Source: Paramecium tetraurelia
Lineage: Eukaryota
Reading direction: 5' to 3'
Assembly: GCA_000165425.1 (NCBI GenBank)
Contig: CT868015.1
Location: 248,001 to 271,500, forward strand
Length of the DNA stretch: 23,500 nt
Shown here piece by piece: positions 1 through 12,449 of the stretch. Under the pieces are notes generated by a model. The model did not search any database. It was not told the origin of the DNA and saw nothing but the letters and a program-made list of their open reading frames with translations. The position numbers were made by a program, and so were the translations under genes. Numbering within the stretch: the first letter of the stretch is position 1; each line of letters opens with the position of its first letter.

Positions 1-1640
1 TTTTATGGGTATTGCAATAGCCCGATACCCTTGATTCATTTTTTCAACAGGACCTTGTTCTTCATCAGCCATCACAACATCTATCTCATAGATGGCATTG
101 TCGGGAGTCATAGATTTCTTATAAACTAAATAAATATAATTGTGATTGATCTATGCCAATTCTGAATCTGTGGCCTGGACTCCCAACCCAACCTAATCAG
201 TCTATTATTTTTCTTGCTCTTATTATTAAGGTTATTTTTTATTATCTTTTTTGTCATCCTTCTTTTGAGTCTATTGTTGTTATTACTGTTAGTCCCCCTT
301 ATTTTTATTCCTAAGTCGTTTTAATTCTGTTCGAAGATTGGCTTCATTTATATCAATTTAAATCTTATCATAACCATTAGGAATGTTTGGATAAGGATTA
401 GTACTTATCAATATGTTCACATCTTAAATATATGGACATTCAATTCTTCTATATTTACATCTGACATAAGCTGAATTGCTGATATCCTCGAAGACTTTGG
501 TATTACCAACATCATAAGCATGATGCGCTAATTCAATTTAATATTCCAATGGCAAACCATCAGCCAATGCCCTCCATTCTTTTTCCTTAATTAATGATGC
601 TTCGAATTCTCTCCTCTTTTTGGTCATATCATTTCTCTCTAATTCATCCAATATATTTTTAGATTTAAATTCAACTGTTTTAGTGATTCTGTCCATCTAT
701 TATTCTAGTGCTATTGCAATTCTTTCCATATCATTTTTCAATAGATCAAAACTAACCTAGACTAATTACTCTTTCAATTAATTGCCTACATGTGTTTATT
801 TGACAGTATTCGATAAATTTGGGGGAGAGAATCGCAAAGACTCAATGATTGCCAAACATCTAGCTTCTTTATCCTATCCAAACTCTTCAATCTTCTTTTT
901 CCATTAATCTACATTGAACACTCCAGCTTGCACTTTAAATTTCAACTCCAATATCTTGAGCAATCTTGTATTTTATTTTAGAATCTTATCCATGTAATCC
1001 ATCAAGGGTGGATCCATTTCTTCCAACTCTCTCAATTCTTATACTTTTTACAACCCCAAATCAATCGTCCTGTATGCACACGCCTTTGATTAGAGGGAAT
1101 GATAGATGTGTGCCAACTCAGCATAGAGTTTGATCCTCCAATCCAAGTATTTAATGGATGTCAGCACCAAGCATCCCTCCATCGAGGTGATACAAAATGC
1201 CAGAAATTCGATTGCGATATATTAATATATTGACTATGTAATTATTAATGAACACATTACTTTTCTTAAGACTCTGCAAATATCAAATATATAAACTGTT
1301 CCATTATATATGAGATAATAATTTGAATTCTTGTCCTCGAATGTTCCTATGTTCAAAACTTGCATGCAATCTCTTAATGATGCTAGCAAAGATTTTAAAG
1401 ATTATGCTGTGTCCTTTCTTATACATTGCGGATCTGATGCTGTGTATGTTTTAAATAATGTTTACACCTAAATTCAATCAAAACTGTTACTTTATTAAAT
1501 TACTTTAGTGCTTGATCCTTCTATTCAGTTGCATTCTTGTAAATTACTTATGGTTTGTTTTCAACTTACTGGACACCCGCTGGTTGATCCTAGAATTTCA
1601 CTCCTGGTTTTGCTTACGCCTATTACTTTTTATCAGCCAT
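1..1640 (-). CDS. CFAP54: Cilia- and flagella-associated protein 54 homolog, N-terminal part (continues beyond the window start)
   Basis: Code-6 translation from ATG 1640: MADKKQQAQAKPGVKFQDQP...YYLIYNGTVYIFDICRVLRK/SIYQYIAIEFLAFCITSMEGCLVLTSIKYLDWRIKLYAELAHIYH...VQELRELEEMDPPL. This matches the CFAP54 N-terminal domain as I recall it (LIFNGTIYIYTICR...SMES.VPL...YL.WR..LY). GTA..TAG introns at 1468-1490 (23 nt) and 1234-1260 (27 nt). Confidence 0.88.
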
Positions 1641-1653
1641 AATAATTTAATAA

Positions 1654-2816
1654 ATGAATGGAGCATATATGGCAAATGGATTAATTCTTCTCAATCTATG
1701 TGGAGATGTCCTCTACATCATCGAATAAAGATTGAGAGCACAAGGCATTGATAAGGAAAAAGGTGAATCTTAAAATCTATTCCCTTAGGATTGACTGTTT
1801 TGAATGATCTTGCCATCAAAATTTACACACACCCAAATCTTTAAAAAATGTTCACTCCAGCGAAAACATTGTCAAACAATGAGATATTTTAATAGATTGA
1901 TCAAGTCGTCCATTGTTCAATCATGAAACTAAATGAAGATAGCTTATCAAAATTATTTGATTTGGTTATAATGACTTTGAAGTCATATCTAATGAAATCC
2001 AATTCACCCTATGAAATTTATCTGTGCACACTTAAACATTTCGATGTCATACAAGACATTGGAATCAACGATTAAGCTATTCAAGCAGTTCTTTAATGTA
2101 AATAAACATTTATTGACAAATACTCAAAATTATCATCCTTTGATTACTTGATGATCAGAGGAGAGATCATGAAATTGTTGGGAGGCAAGTTTACTAGAGT
2201 ACAAATGTTTTTGAATGACAAATCCCAAAATCAAGATGGAACATTTTAGTAGAGATCCTATGGATTATCAGGATATGGAGTTGAATAACCAGGATTAATT
2301 AAAATGGTTAAAATTCCAGAAAAATATAATGTTGTTTTGGCTGTGGCATCTTAATTTAAAGAAAATCAAAGCACTAATCCATTTACAGGACAATGTAGTC
2401 TGGGTGAAAATATATTCTAGAATAAGGATTCTCAATAATAAAATAAATAATAATCTGCATTGTCATCGCAAAGCTCCCTTAAATCAGAAGTGCTTGACTC
2501 TTAATCATCAAAAATCTAAACTTAATCATTAAACCATCTAGCTTAATTGATTCAAGCAAAACCAATAAATTAGCAAGAAGACATTAATCTCTTCTATAAA
2601 CCAACTGTTATGAAAGCCAACATTGATAATTAATAATAGCCAGTACTCAATAATCAAAATCAGCCTCAACAACAAAGCCAAATTTTGAAATAAAATATTA
2701 TTTAATAATTTGACGATCCCAATTATAATATATAATCCCAAATATTGTAAAACGAATAGGAGGAAGAGGATGAAGTGGATTTACTTGCTTTAATGGACAA
2801 AGCAGCTTAGAAATGA
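1654..2816 (+). CDS. OSCP1: OSCP1 (organic solute carrier partner 1) family protein, ~378 aa
   Basis: Code-6 translation: MNGAYMANGLILLNLCGDVLYIIEQRLRAQGIDKEK/GLTVLNDL...VHCSIMKLNEDSLSKLFDLVIMTLK...GVEQPGLIKM...DLLALMDKAAQK-TGA. Matches OSCP1 motifs (NLGGEMLYILDQRLRAQ; HASIMKLN..SMDKLYDLM; C-terminal DLLAMMD). Removing one 26-nt intron (1763-1788, GTG..TAG) gives a length divisible by 3. Confidence 0.92.
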
Positions 2817-2910
2817 TAAATAAGATAATATTTAACATTTAAAATCTAATAAGGTTCATCTATTTTAAATTAAATTAAATATAATAACAAAATTTATTAT
2901 ATATATTGAA

Positions 2911-4005
2911 TCAGCTTTCAACTAATTTAATTTTCTTTCCATGTTCCCAATCTCCTTCTTCCTACTTCCCTGTTTTATCAACAAAAAGTCCTTTACCATG
3001 TGGATGACCATTATACCATTCCCCTTTGAACACCCTACCATCTGGCCAATAAAATTCTCCATATCCTTCTTTCAAGTCATCCTTGTAATTTCCAATATAC
3101 TTCTTTCCATCTGGCCAAACAAAAGTACCAAATCCATGCATCTTGTTTTATACCCAATCTCCTTCATATTATCTTCCATCAGACCAAATTTATTTGCCTT
3201 TACCATTTATTTAATTATTTGTAAACATTCCCTCAAATATAGACCCATCAGTCCATTTATATTTGCCAAAACCTTCTTTAATCCCATTTATGTAATTTCC
3301 CTAAAACATGCTTTAATCTGGCCATTTTTCTATTCCTTAACCATTTTCCAAATCCTTTTTGAATTCCCCTTCAAAAATAACTCCGTTTTCATAAAACATA
3401 GTTCCCTAACCTTCTTTTTCATTCTGTTTCCAAAAACCAACCTTGGTATTTATGCATTCATACATATGTATCCCCTTCAGGCGTAATTAATCTTCCAAAA
3501 CCGTCTGCCATATCATCCTTCCAACTCCCTTCATACAAGGTTCCATCTGGAAATAATTGTTAACCTCTTCCACATCTCTTTTTATTTAACCATTATCCTT
3601 AGTATATAATCCCATTATTAAACTCCTATTTTAGAATGCAAAGATGTATTTACAATAGAAGAAAGGTATTAAGCTCCAGGAACTTAATTACACTAATCAA
3701 AGTTAAAAGGACCAAAATTATCTAATGATTTCTTTACAAAGGGATTTGTCGATTCAAATTTCTTATTAGTTCTTTTGGCAAGATCAACAGAAGGGTACAA
3801 TTCCTATTCTAATTCAAGAACCCTTCTTTGTTATTAAAATTACTTATTTTCTAACTTATTATCCCCTAAAAACTGACTAAATTTTAATGGCACTGTGTTG
3901 TCTCTTAAAGTCCATTTAATCCTCATCGAGAGTTATTGGTGTTAGCACTAAAGGAGCTATTGGTCTATCTATTGTAGTATCTCTAGCACAACATGTATTT
4001 CCCAT
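2911..4005 (-). CDS. MORN-repeat protein with N-terminal acylation motif (MGNTCC) and an IQ calmodulin-binding motif
   Basis: Starts MGNTCCARD. IQ motif SAIKIQSVFRGQQVRK near 3847-3894. Tandem MORN repeats follow (YQGQWLNKKRCGRG; YEGSWKDDMADGFG and others), ending TGA at 2911. Introns at 3626-3653 (28 nt) and 3442-3463 (22 nt). A further 40-nt intron (3804-3843) or a 1-nt frameshift is needed to close the frame. Confidence 0.85.
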
Positions 4006-4507
4006 CGAAAAATTATATTAAATAGTAATATATTCTTTTTAAATTTTATAATTACATAGATTATTGAAATTAAAGAAATTAGAATTTAATCAACCGAAAA
4101 AGATCATATAATCATTCAAATAATTAATTTTAAATTATTCCATTCGATAATAATATCATTGATAACGAAATTAAAATTCTATATTAAGATCAGTGTATTT
4201 ATTGGATAAAATGCAGAATACACCATTTTTTTAAAAATGAATTTCAAACTTAATCAAAGTAATACCATTGATGATAGAATTAACAAAAAAAATTAATCTT
4301 AAATAAGAAGAAGATTTGAATGAATACAATAATTATTAACATACTCTAAATAATTTTGAAGAATAGTAACCGAACAATATTCTTTCTTTATTACTTCAAT
4401 AATTATTCTTAAGAATGATGAATGTTTGAAATTATTCTTAAATAGTAATAAAAAATGTAATTTTTAATTAATATTTTATTTACTATTTTTTATATTTATA
4501 TTTATAT

Positions 4508-5524
4508 TCACTATTCATTTTCTTTATATTAATAAATCTAAAATTCCAATGATTAACCGTTCCAAATTGCCAAATATTTTCCATCGTCACTTGCATGCCC
4601 ATATAAATAACCAATGGTATCAGAACCAAAGTCAATAGATTATTCTAATTTAAATTCATTAGTTTAGTCATTGTTCTAATAATACCTTATAAAATTTAAG
4701 TAGGAACCATTTTTGCTAATAAGAAGGGATTTTTGATTAATAAATTGTTAAGGAAAGAGAAATCTGCAATATGAATTCGCTCCTTATACTGAAACATCTG
4801 TTGATTTAACAAATTCTCCATTTTCCTTTTTTTCATAAACTTCCAAATTTTCAGCTGCCTTTGGTTAGAAAGTAAATATTTTTTCATTGATAAAGCATAC
4901 TCGATATCCTGCTTAGGTAGTCTTAAGCTTTTGAGTTATTTGCCATTCATTCTACTTCTGTTTTTCTATAATAAATATTGTTGAATCTCCATTACAAGAA
5001 ATCAATTATGTTTAGGATTCATTTAGACTTAGACTATAAACATGACTGCTAATTCCTTCATCAATTGTTTAAAAACAAATCCATTCTTGATTTTATTAAG
5101 TCCAAAATTTAATTCTCTTATCTAATCCACTTGAAATGATGAGATCTTCTTCTTTATTTATAATTAATGCCCAAATAGAAGATGTGTGTCCTAATAACTT
5201 TTATTCGCATTTCCATTCCTTATTGTTTATTGATTTCCATAATATTATGTTAGAGTCAGCATCACTTGAAATAAATTGAAGTGGTGACTTTTTAAAAAAG
5301 TTTAATGTATTAACATAACCTTTGTGTTCATTTAGGACTTGAATTTCTTCCAATGTTCCATTTTTCACTTCAAATACTCTTATTGAATATGAACATCCAG
5401 CTACTAGTATAGAGCAATCTACATTAAAAGCCAAAGCATAAGACCATTAATCTTGTTTTATTGGATCCCCTTTTGTTATTAATTCGTAATTAAAGGGCTT
5501 GAACAAAGTCTATTGAGTTTACAT
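4508..5524 (-). CDS. WD40-repeat beta-propeller protein, ~338 aa, of a type expanded in Paramecium
   Basis: 1017-nt code-6 frame: MQTQQTLFKPFNYELI...ALAFNVDCSILVAGC...LNEHKGYVNTLNF...FISSDADSNIILW...ASDDGKYLAIWNG...ENEQ-TGA. ORF-track fragment 5201-5434 is in this frame. The start codon is not certain. Confidence 0.82.
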
Positions 5525-6504
5525 TTTATGAAATTGAATAAATACTCACAATTAAAACTTTTTTTGAAATGGATATATATTTTTGTTGATAGGTGTTAAT
5601 TATAAAAGCGCAACATTTAAATTTTAATGCAATTTATGAATAATTGTCAAATCTGACGGAGTTTATAGAAATAATTATGGTTATTAACTAATAACTTCAA
5701 ATGAATAAGATGCTATAACACACTTTCTATTTATAATTTGTATCAAGTTTGATTGTAGAGTAAAGTGTGGAAATATTCATCATCATGTATTGGCGCAAAT
5801 TTTTATCTTTATATAAGAACAAGAATAATAGAATATTCTTAGAAATGATGTAAGAGAGGTGTTGAAAATAACATTGAAGATATACAAATTACTACTAAGG
5901 AAACAATAAATTAAGATCTATTGGATTCTCATATAATGCATTATGACAAGCTTGCTTTGTTAAATATTAATTTTTGAATGAATATTAATTTACCTTTGAA
6001 TCCTTTGATTCAGAGCTAATGCTGATTTATCATTTTTTTAAAGTGATTTCTCTAAAATTTCACCCCAACGAAAGGTTTACTAAACTTTGAAAATTATTCA
6101 TCTGATTACTATCTACAAATCAATCAATAAATTATAGTCTTTAAATTAGACACAATCTTGGGTAAAGAATCATTCTGTTAAATATTTACTAAAAATTAGA
6201 AAAAGTTTTTGATTACAAATATTTTCTAAATATTAGTTAAGGAATACAATTAATTTACAAATTTAGAAATAAAATTACATTATTGATATATATAACATAA
6301 TTCTTCTCCTTAAGATAAAGTTTTTATTAACCGTAAATCTAATCTATCTTGGAAACACAATAATTAGAATTTTTAACTTTAGATTTTACTCATTTACTGA
6401 AAGCCAAAATTTCATTTAAGTAATTTATTGATGATATCCAATATTATCAAAACATTTAATTTAAAAGATATAATTACTTATTTATATTATGAAATAGTTA
6501 TTAC

Positions 6505-9500
6505 TCATAACAGAGGCTCATTTTTAGATTTGTTCTTTGTATAACATTTATAACCAACCCCCAAAACGATCAATCCTCCTAATATTCCTAAAATAATCCA
6601 TAATACTGTATGGCCTTTATGATCAGATTAATCAGAATCATCTCCTGATATTGTAAGATCAAATTATAATCCCCTTTCTATGTAATCATTTTTTAATGTA
6701 ACAGAAACCTAGGTTTAACTAATATTCCCATCAATCAATAATTTTGGAGATTGGTTAACCTTATATAATCTTAATTACCCATATTATTTTAAATTACTAA
6801 TTAAATATAACTAATATTATATTCTAAATTTTTACATCATTTGCATATGTGTACATTTCTGTTTAAAAAGTTTCATAATAACCATATGAGGGATCTTTAA
6901 TCGCTGCAAAGAAGAAAACAGCAGGGTTTTTAGATTCTTTTTCTGGAAGTTCATATATAGCCTAGGTAAAGGAGCGAAGGCCTTAATTTTTTAAATCATA
7001 CACAATAGAAACATATTTTTGCTTTATTAGTACTTTTGGCAATATCAAGCTATGAACTTTGCTTGCTCCATAACCTTATAGTACATATAGTATCTATATC
7101 TGCTCTTATTTTAGGGCGCATTAATCAGATTTACAATCGAACTCCATTCTTATTCCATAGTGAGGACCTTCTGTAGCAAATATTATAAAGTCAACTTTAT
7201 AGATAGCATCTTATTTATACAGATTGATAACTTTTATCAAATTCAATTCAGCTGAGGGTAAAATATAAAATTCATTATTGAGTAAATCGTATAGATTATA
7301 CTGTATTTTATCAACCCTTAAAAATTTTTCTTCCTTAATTGTGTATTCCAATACAATAAAATTTTAGTTTTTATCTGAGCAATAAATATGATAAAGATTG
7401 TTTTAGATTTTTTGTATAGCTACTCCTTAGTAAAAATATTCAAAATCATTAAATGTAACCAAGCCATAATTCTTTGCATTCTTTATATCTAAAATTTAAT
7501 TGGAGTAAACTACTATACTCTAACTTTAGATAAGGTAAATATTATCTTCGTCCATAAATCCAGCAATAATTTCATAATCTATATTTAACCAACTATCGCC
7601 TTCTTTGCAATCAGCATCTACACATTTTATTCCACTTATGAACACTGCTTTTCCCTATGTGCACTTAATCAAAATTTAAGATTAATATGTTGCTAATATA
7701 TTTTTGCAATCATATCCTTATGTTATGCTTTTTTCAGAAACTACAATATTTGTTTTTTTGCTAACAATTACAAAACTATCACTTTTTAAAACAAAAACAT
7801 AATTTGTATTTAGATCAGCAACACTTATTGTGTTATTTTAATAGTACTCTATTACTTATTCCATAGGATCAATAATTTCAATTTTTTAACCTTTAACATC
7901 AGGAACCTCTGAATTAAATTTACTAACTTCGCCAAAATACCAAGCTCTTCCCATATTTTAAATATAATTATTTTAAACCTTTGAAGATAAGTTAGTAGTA
8001 ATATTTAGTTTATCTGGGTACACTTTTAAGTCTATATAAGTATTTACAAGTCTAAAGCTTTGATCGACCAACAATTCTTATCCATTTTTATAAATAATTT
8101 AATATTTTACATTACTTATGAATGTTTCATCCTTAAAACTCACGTAATAAAGCAAATTAGGTTTTCTTTCAATCTAATATATTTCTATGACATCCTAATT
8201 GAATTAAAATATTTTATTTTGATCAACTGTGATATATTGGTTTGTTTAATTTAAATCTTAAATACAATGTAATGAATTATGATCTGTTTATTCAATTAAG
8301 TAGGATAATAAATAGTATTTATTTTCTGACTCTGCTTTAAAGTGTAACAAATTTGTAGATGATACCCAATAGATGGAATTTAAATCTGAAATTTTGTATT
8401 CGTAAAAAGAAGGAGATTTTTCAAAATATATATTCGTGCCCTCCTTAATATTATAGACATCAAAACTTATCATTCCATTTTCAAATTATTAAATCAGAGC
8501 AAATCTTTCAACAAATGTAACTATTTTTATATCTTTTGATTCATTTATTTTCATTACATAATCTAAAGTAAAATAATTTGAATTCAACGTCAGTATCAAA
8601 ACTTCATTTTATTATTGGCCATTAAGGATAAATAGAATTTCCTTATAATTATTGCAAAATAGTCTTTAAGGATTCCAATCAGAAATCCCAAATTAGTTCA
8701 TTTAATCTAACGTAATTTTGTATTGAAAACTGACATCTTTAAAGCTATAAACTGCAATTATTTTCTTCATTTTTGAAAACGCTATCAAATATTTATAGTT
8801 AGTATAAATGTTGTCTATCTCATTGATTGGATCTTTATCAGTGAATGTGATTGTTTAATTTAAATATTACCCTTAAAAAAATTAATAAAAAAATAAATTT
8901 TTCTAATCTAATAAAGTGATAAATTTTAGAGAAAAATCTTCATATTAGATAGCTGTGTTTTATGTGGTTATCTTAAATTTAAGGGATGTTTCATAACTTA
9001 TAGTGCAAGCTTAAGCAATCGAAAAATAACAACTATAAATCTTTAAATCCTATTCTTGATTCTAAGTTATAATGACATAGTTATTATCCTTAGAATTTAG
9101 CATTGAAATGGTTTATGTAAATATTATGTTTTTCAAACTTAGATCTTCACTTTCGTATACAGTTTTAGAGTCTGCAGCAATTCTGATGTAACTTAAATTA
9201 CCGCTTTAATATGAATTGCTATTATCAATTTTTTAGAAGGATATTTATTACATGGGACCATCAACTAATTTGTTGATGTTGTTTGTCTAAGAGTTTTGTA
9301 AATAAATAGTATCCGAAAGAAAAGGAGTATCAATAATATTTCCTTTGGAAACCAAAATAAGTAGTTTAGAATCGCGAGCAACTGTTTGATATTCAATTTT
9401 CACTTAGCATTAGTTATAACTTAATGTTCCTACCCCCTTTAATTAAGGTTGATTATTAATATATTAAATTTTATATTCAGATCTTCCTTAATAATGTTTG

Positions 9501-10705
9501 ATATTTGTATTGCTTAAAACTAAAAAATCATTTTGTAAATAACCAGTTTACAATTTGCTGAAATCACCATTTGTTTCATAGTTTGGCTCAAAAGCATCTA
9601 GAAGAAATGACATTATTTTATTAGAGGAGACTAAATATAAAAAATTTTTGGTTATATGAATTTTGAATTCTGATAAATCCTCAATTGAATTATAGTATTG
9701 AGGAAAATACATTCCATATATAATTTTAAAAGGTTGTAACACTGCTAAAATGTTCGACTTGAAGGAATAATCAAATGATATTGAATAACCAGAATTCATA
9801 ACCAAAAATCCAAATTCCCAGGTGTCTTGATCAATAATGTACTTCATTGAAAATACATTTCCAAAAGTATCTAAAATTAGGATTTAATCTAATGGCCCTA
9901 CTTTTACATCAACTATTTCAAAATCATATTTACGAAACTTAATATAATTTAACACTAATTCTTCATCAATGATTATTTTCCTTTCTATTTCCTTCTTTTA
10001 TAAATCATAAGTGAATATTTCTATATATGATGGATTTTCATTTGAGAAAGTTGTAATTCGGTAGATATAATTATTTGTGCTTAGAATGTATCGCTTTTAA
10101 ACTGCCAACAAAGGGTAAGAGTTTTCAATCTTAATTATATCTTCCTCATCTTAATTGATTAAATAAAACTGATTATTTAAGTTTCCAGCCTCAATTTAAT
10201 AACAATCTATTAGAAAGTGTTTTGGATCTAAAATTATTGATGATTGACAATTCACTTAATTGGCTTTTCCAATTATTTTGTTAGAGTCAAATTTTGGCAT
10301 TCTTCCTTGAGCGCCTGCTACAAATTGTGTTGTCCATATCAAAATTAAATCATCATTATTATTAATAGCTAATAATTGATATTTATTAAGCAATTCAAAT
10401 TATGGCGAAGTCAATGTGGAATACGATATTATCTTATTGACTAATAAAAATCAATAATATTTTTTACTATTTTGAGGCATTTCTATTGTTGATATTAGTG
10501 AAATTGGATTCAATAAAGAAAGTTTGTTATTTTCATCTTCTAAAGTGACCACGTCTTTATGTGTAATCTAACCAAAGTAGTTTCCCAAATCTTAAACTAC
10601 TTTTTCATTTTCCTTTCCAACAATTTTAGTGTAATCGTATGGAAATACTGAACAATTTTTGCACAGGCTCAATAATGCAAAACTAGCAAGAATAATCAGA
10701 AACAT
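6505..10705 (-). CDS. Large type I single-pass membrane/surface protein of unknown function, ~1390 aa
   Basis: Signal-peptide-like start MFLIILASFALLSLCKNC. C-terminal hydrophobic span and short basic tail TVLWIILGILGGLIVLGVGYKCYTKNKSKNEPLL-TGA. ORF-track pieces 9548-9847 and 8288-8473 are in frame with ATG 10705. One 25-nt GTA..TAG intron (6811-6835) makes the total length divisible by 3. Confidence 0.82.
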
Positions 10706-11129
10706 ATATAAATTGGTATTTCAATATTAGAATATGTTCAGAATATATAAACCAAAATTAATCTACAAATATATTGTATATAGTGTCATTAAAATTAAAG
10801 AAAAAAATTTTAATTGAAATTTTCAAGAATAATTTTCATCATTCTTGTTGCAAAAAGCAGGCAAAAAATAGACTTTCTAAATGATTCAAGCCTTAACCAT
10901 TCCTTTAACTTTTTCTTTCTGGAAAAAATTTTGAATATAGATAAATAAGAATTGGATTAATTGAGATGCAGACATACTCTAGATAACTTAGAAACAGAAT
11001 AACTAATAAAATACTATTTTTTTATTTGAGTTTTCTTGCTTATTTTTATCATCAGAATTTTACATTGTATTAATTTGTGCAAGTTTTAATAAAAAAATAA
11101 AAGCACATCAACATCTATAGAAACAAGTT

Positions 11130-12170
11130 AAACAATATCTACGTCTTTAATCACAAGAGCATTCATCAAAGACTGAATGCAAGTATGCATAATGAACGGA
11201 TCTTTCCAGTAGTTCCTGCTGTATAATAACCAGAATATCTGATGATCAGGCATTGTTGTGCTGAAGGAAAATAGATTACTAACCTTACTAAAAATCAGCA
11301 TGTTGCATAGTTGGATTCAATAACACACAACCACAGACTCATAATTATGGAGAAATTTTTAAATGTTTTTGGAATACTTTATATTTAACATTCATACACT
11401 CTTTTGATTATGAGTATTATGCAACCAAAATATGAGAAACTAACTTCTTTTTTTCCTAGTATGCTTCATTTACACTGCTTTTAATCAAGTGAGTCTGCTA
11501 ATTATTGTGATTGCTTTATAGTGAATGTTAGAAATTAATTTAAAGCATTTTCAACTTACTAATTTTTTCAGCTACCTTGAAGATAAAGGTGAAAGTAGAA
11601 GTTAATAAATTACTCTTATTCTCAGTCACTAAATGCTTAAAAATTTTGCATATACTATTCTGGAGAATGCTGCATTTATTTGCTGTTTCCCATATCTTAT
11701 AGTAATAAAATCCAAATGCAGCTTTGAAAAACTTCCTCTATCCAAATTATGCAACATATAATTACTGAAATTAACAACATATATATATTCTCCACTGATT
11801 CTGCATTTATAGTTTTGTAGTCATGTCCCGAGTAAACGCTAGTTTAATAATATTGATGTACATTGTTACAACCTTCACACATATAAAAATGAAGTGACTC
11901 ACACAAAAATTATTGAGATGGATTTATTTGTCAGCAATCCTTGACATGCCATATTGATAGACGTGCGTTTGACTCATGGATTAGATATTTCTTTTATACT
12001 TGCCGAGCACATTCTAAAATCTTCAATGAGCAACTCTCTCCCCAACCTTTGCTGTAGCCATCTTAACATTGGATATTTGGATTGTTGGTGCAGTTCAAAA
12101 AACCCTGTCTCTTGTGTTAAATGGTTAACACTATATGCGTCTCGGTATATCATGCGAAAATTTATTATAT
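11130..12170 (-). pseudogene. Probable decayed cysteine-rich (furin-like/growth-factor-receptor repeat) surface protein gene
   Basis: Fragments in shifting frames with TGA stops: LNCTNNPNIQCQDGYSKG, ACQGLLTNKSIS, MCEGCNN, SGYYTAGTTGK. These resemble CxxC-repeat ciliate surface proteins. No continuous frame. Confidence 0.4.
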
Positions 12171-12300
12171 AAATTTAAAGGCCTTCTGATCCTACAAAAT
12201 TTACATGAGACAGTAGCATATGCGATTGACAAAGAAAGATCCTCTATCTGTAGCCTACTATGAAGAATATTTACTCAAGAAGTTCAAAGATTCCTTTATA

Positions 12301-12337
12301 TGTTGATTTACATAGGTGTTGATTTATATAGGTGTTG
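12301..12337. repeat. Short tandem repeat, 16-nt unit, ~2.3 copies
   Basis: tgttgatttacatagg / tgttgatttatatagg / tgttg. Confidence 0.8.
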
Positions 12338-12449
12338 TATGTTGAGTCTAGTTAAGCTTAGATGAATAGTTAAATTAGACTACTTAATGAGATCCTGGGG
12401 CCTTCATGAGTAGATCCACAAGTAATGATATCCATAATGCCATGTATAT

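Noticed and set aside
1512..1751. Plus-strand 79-aa ORF and other short standard-code ORFs (2329, 2538, 4696, 8060, 13809, 14924, 18072)
   Set aside because: Wrong genetic code. They are off-frame or antisense to code-6 genes or decayed sequence.
1641..1816. Upstream extension of CFAP54 on the minus strand
   Set aside because: It overlaps the conserved OSCP1 coding region in antisense, and the ATG at 1816 meets a TGA. ATG 1640 is the more plausible start.
2941..3486. 181-aa plus-strand ORF in the track
   Set aside because: Antisense shadow of the MORN repeats on the minus strand.
8870..8910. A/T tract resembling an intron or IES in the membrane-protein gene
   Set aside because: The frame reads through (DQKNLFFYQFFQGQ), and there is no GT donor.
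12301..12337. Repeat as a CRISPR-like array
   Set aside because: About two adjacent copies with no spacers, in a eukaryotic context.
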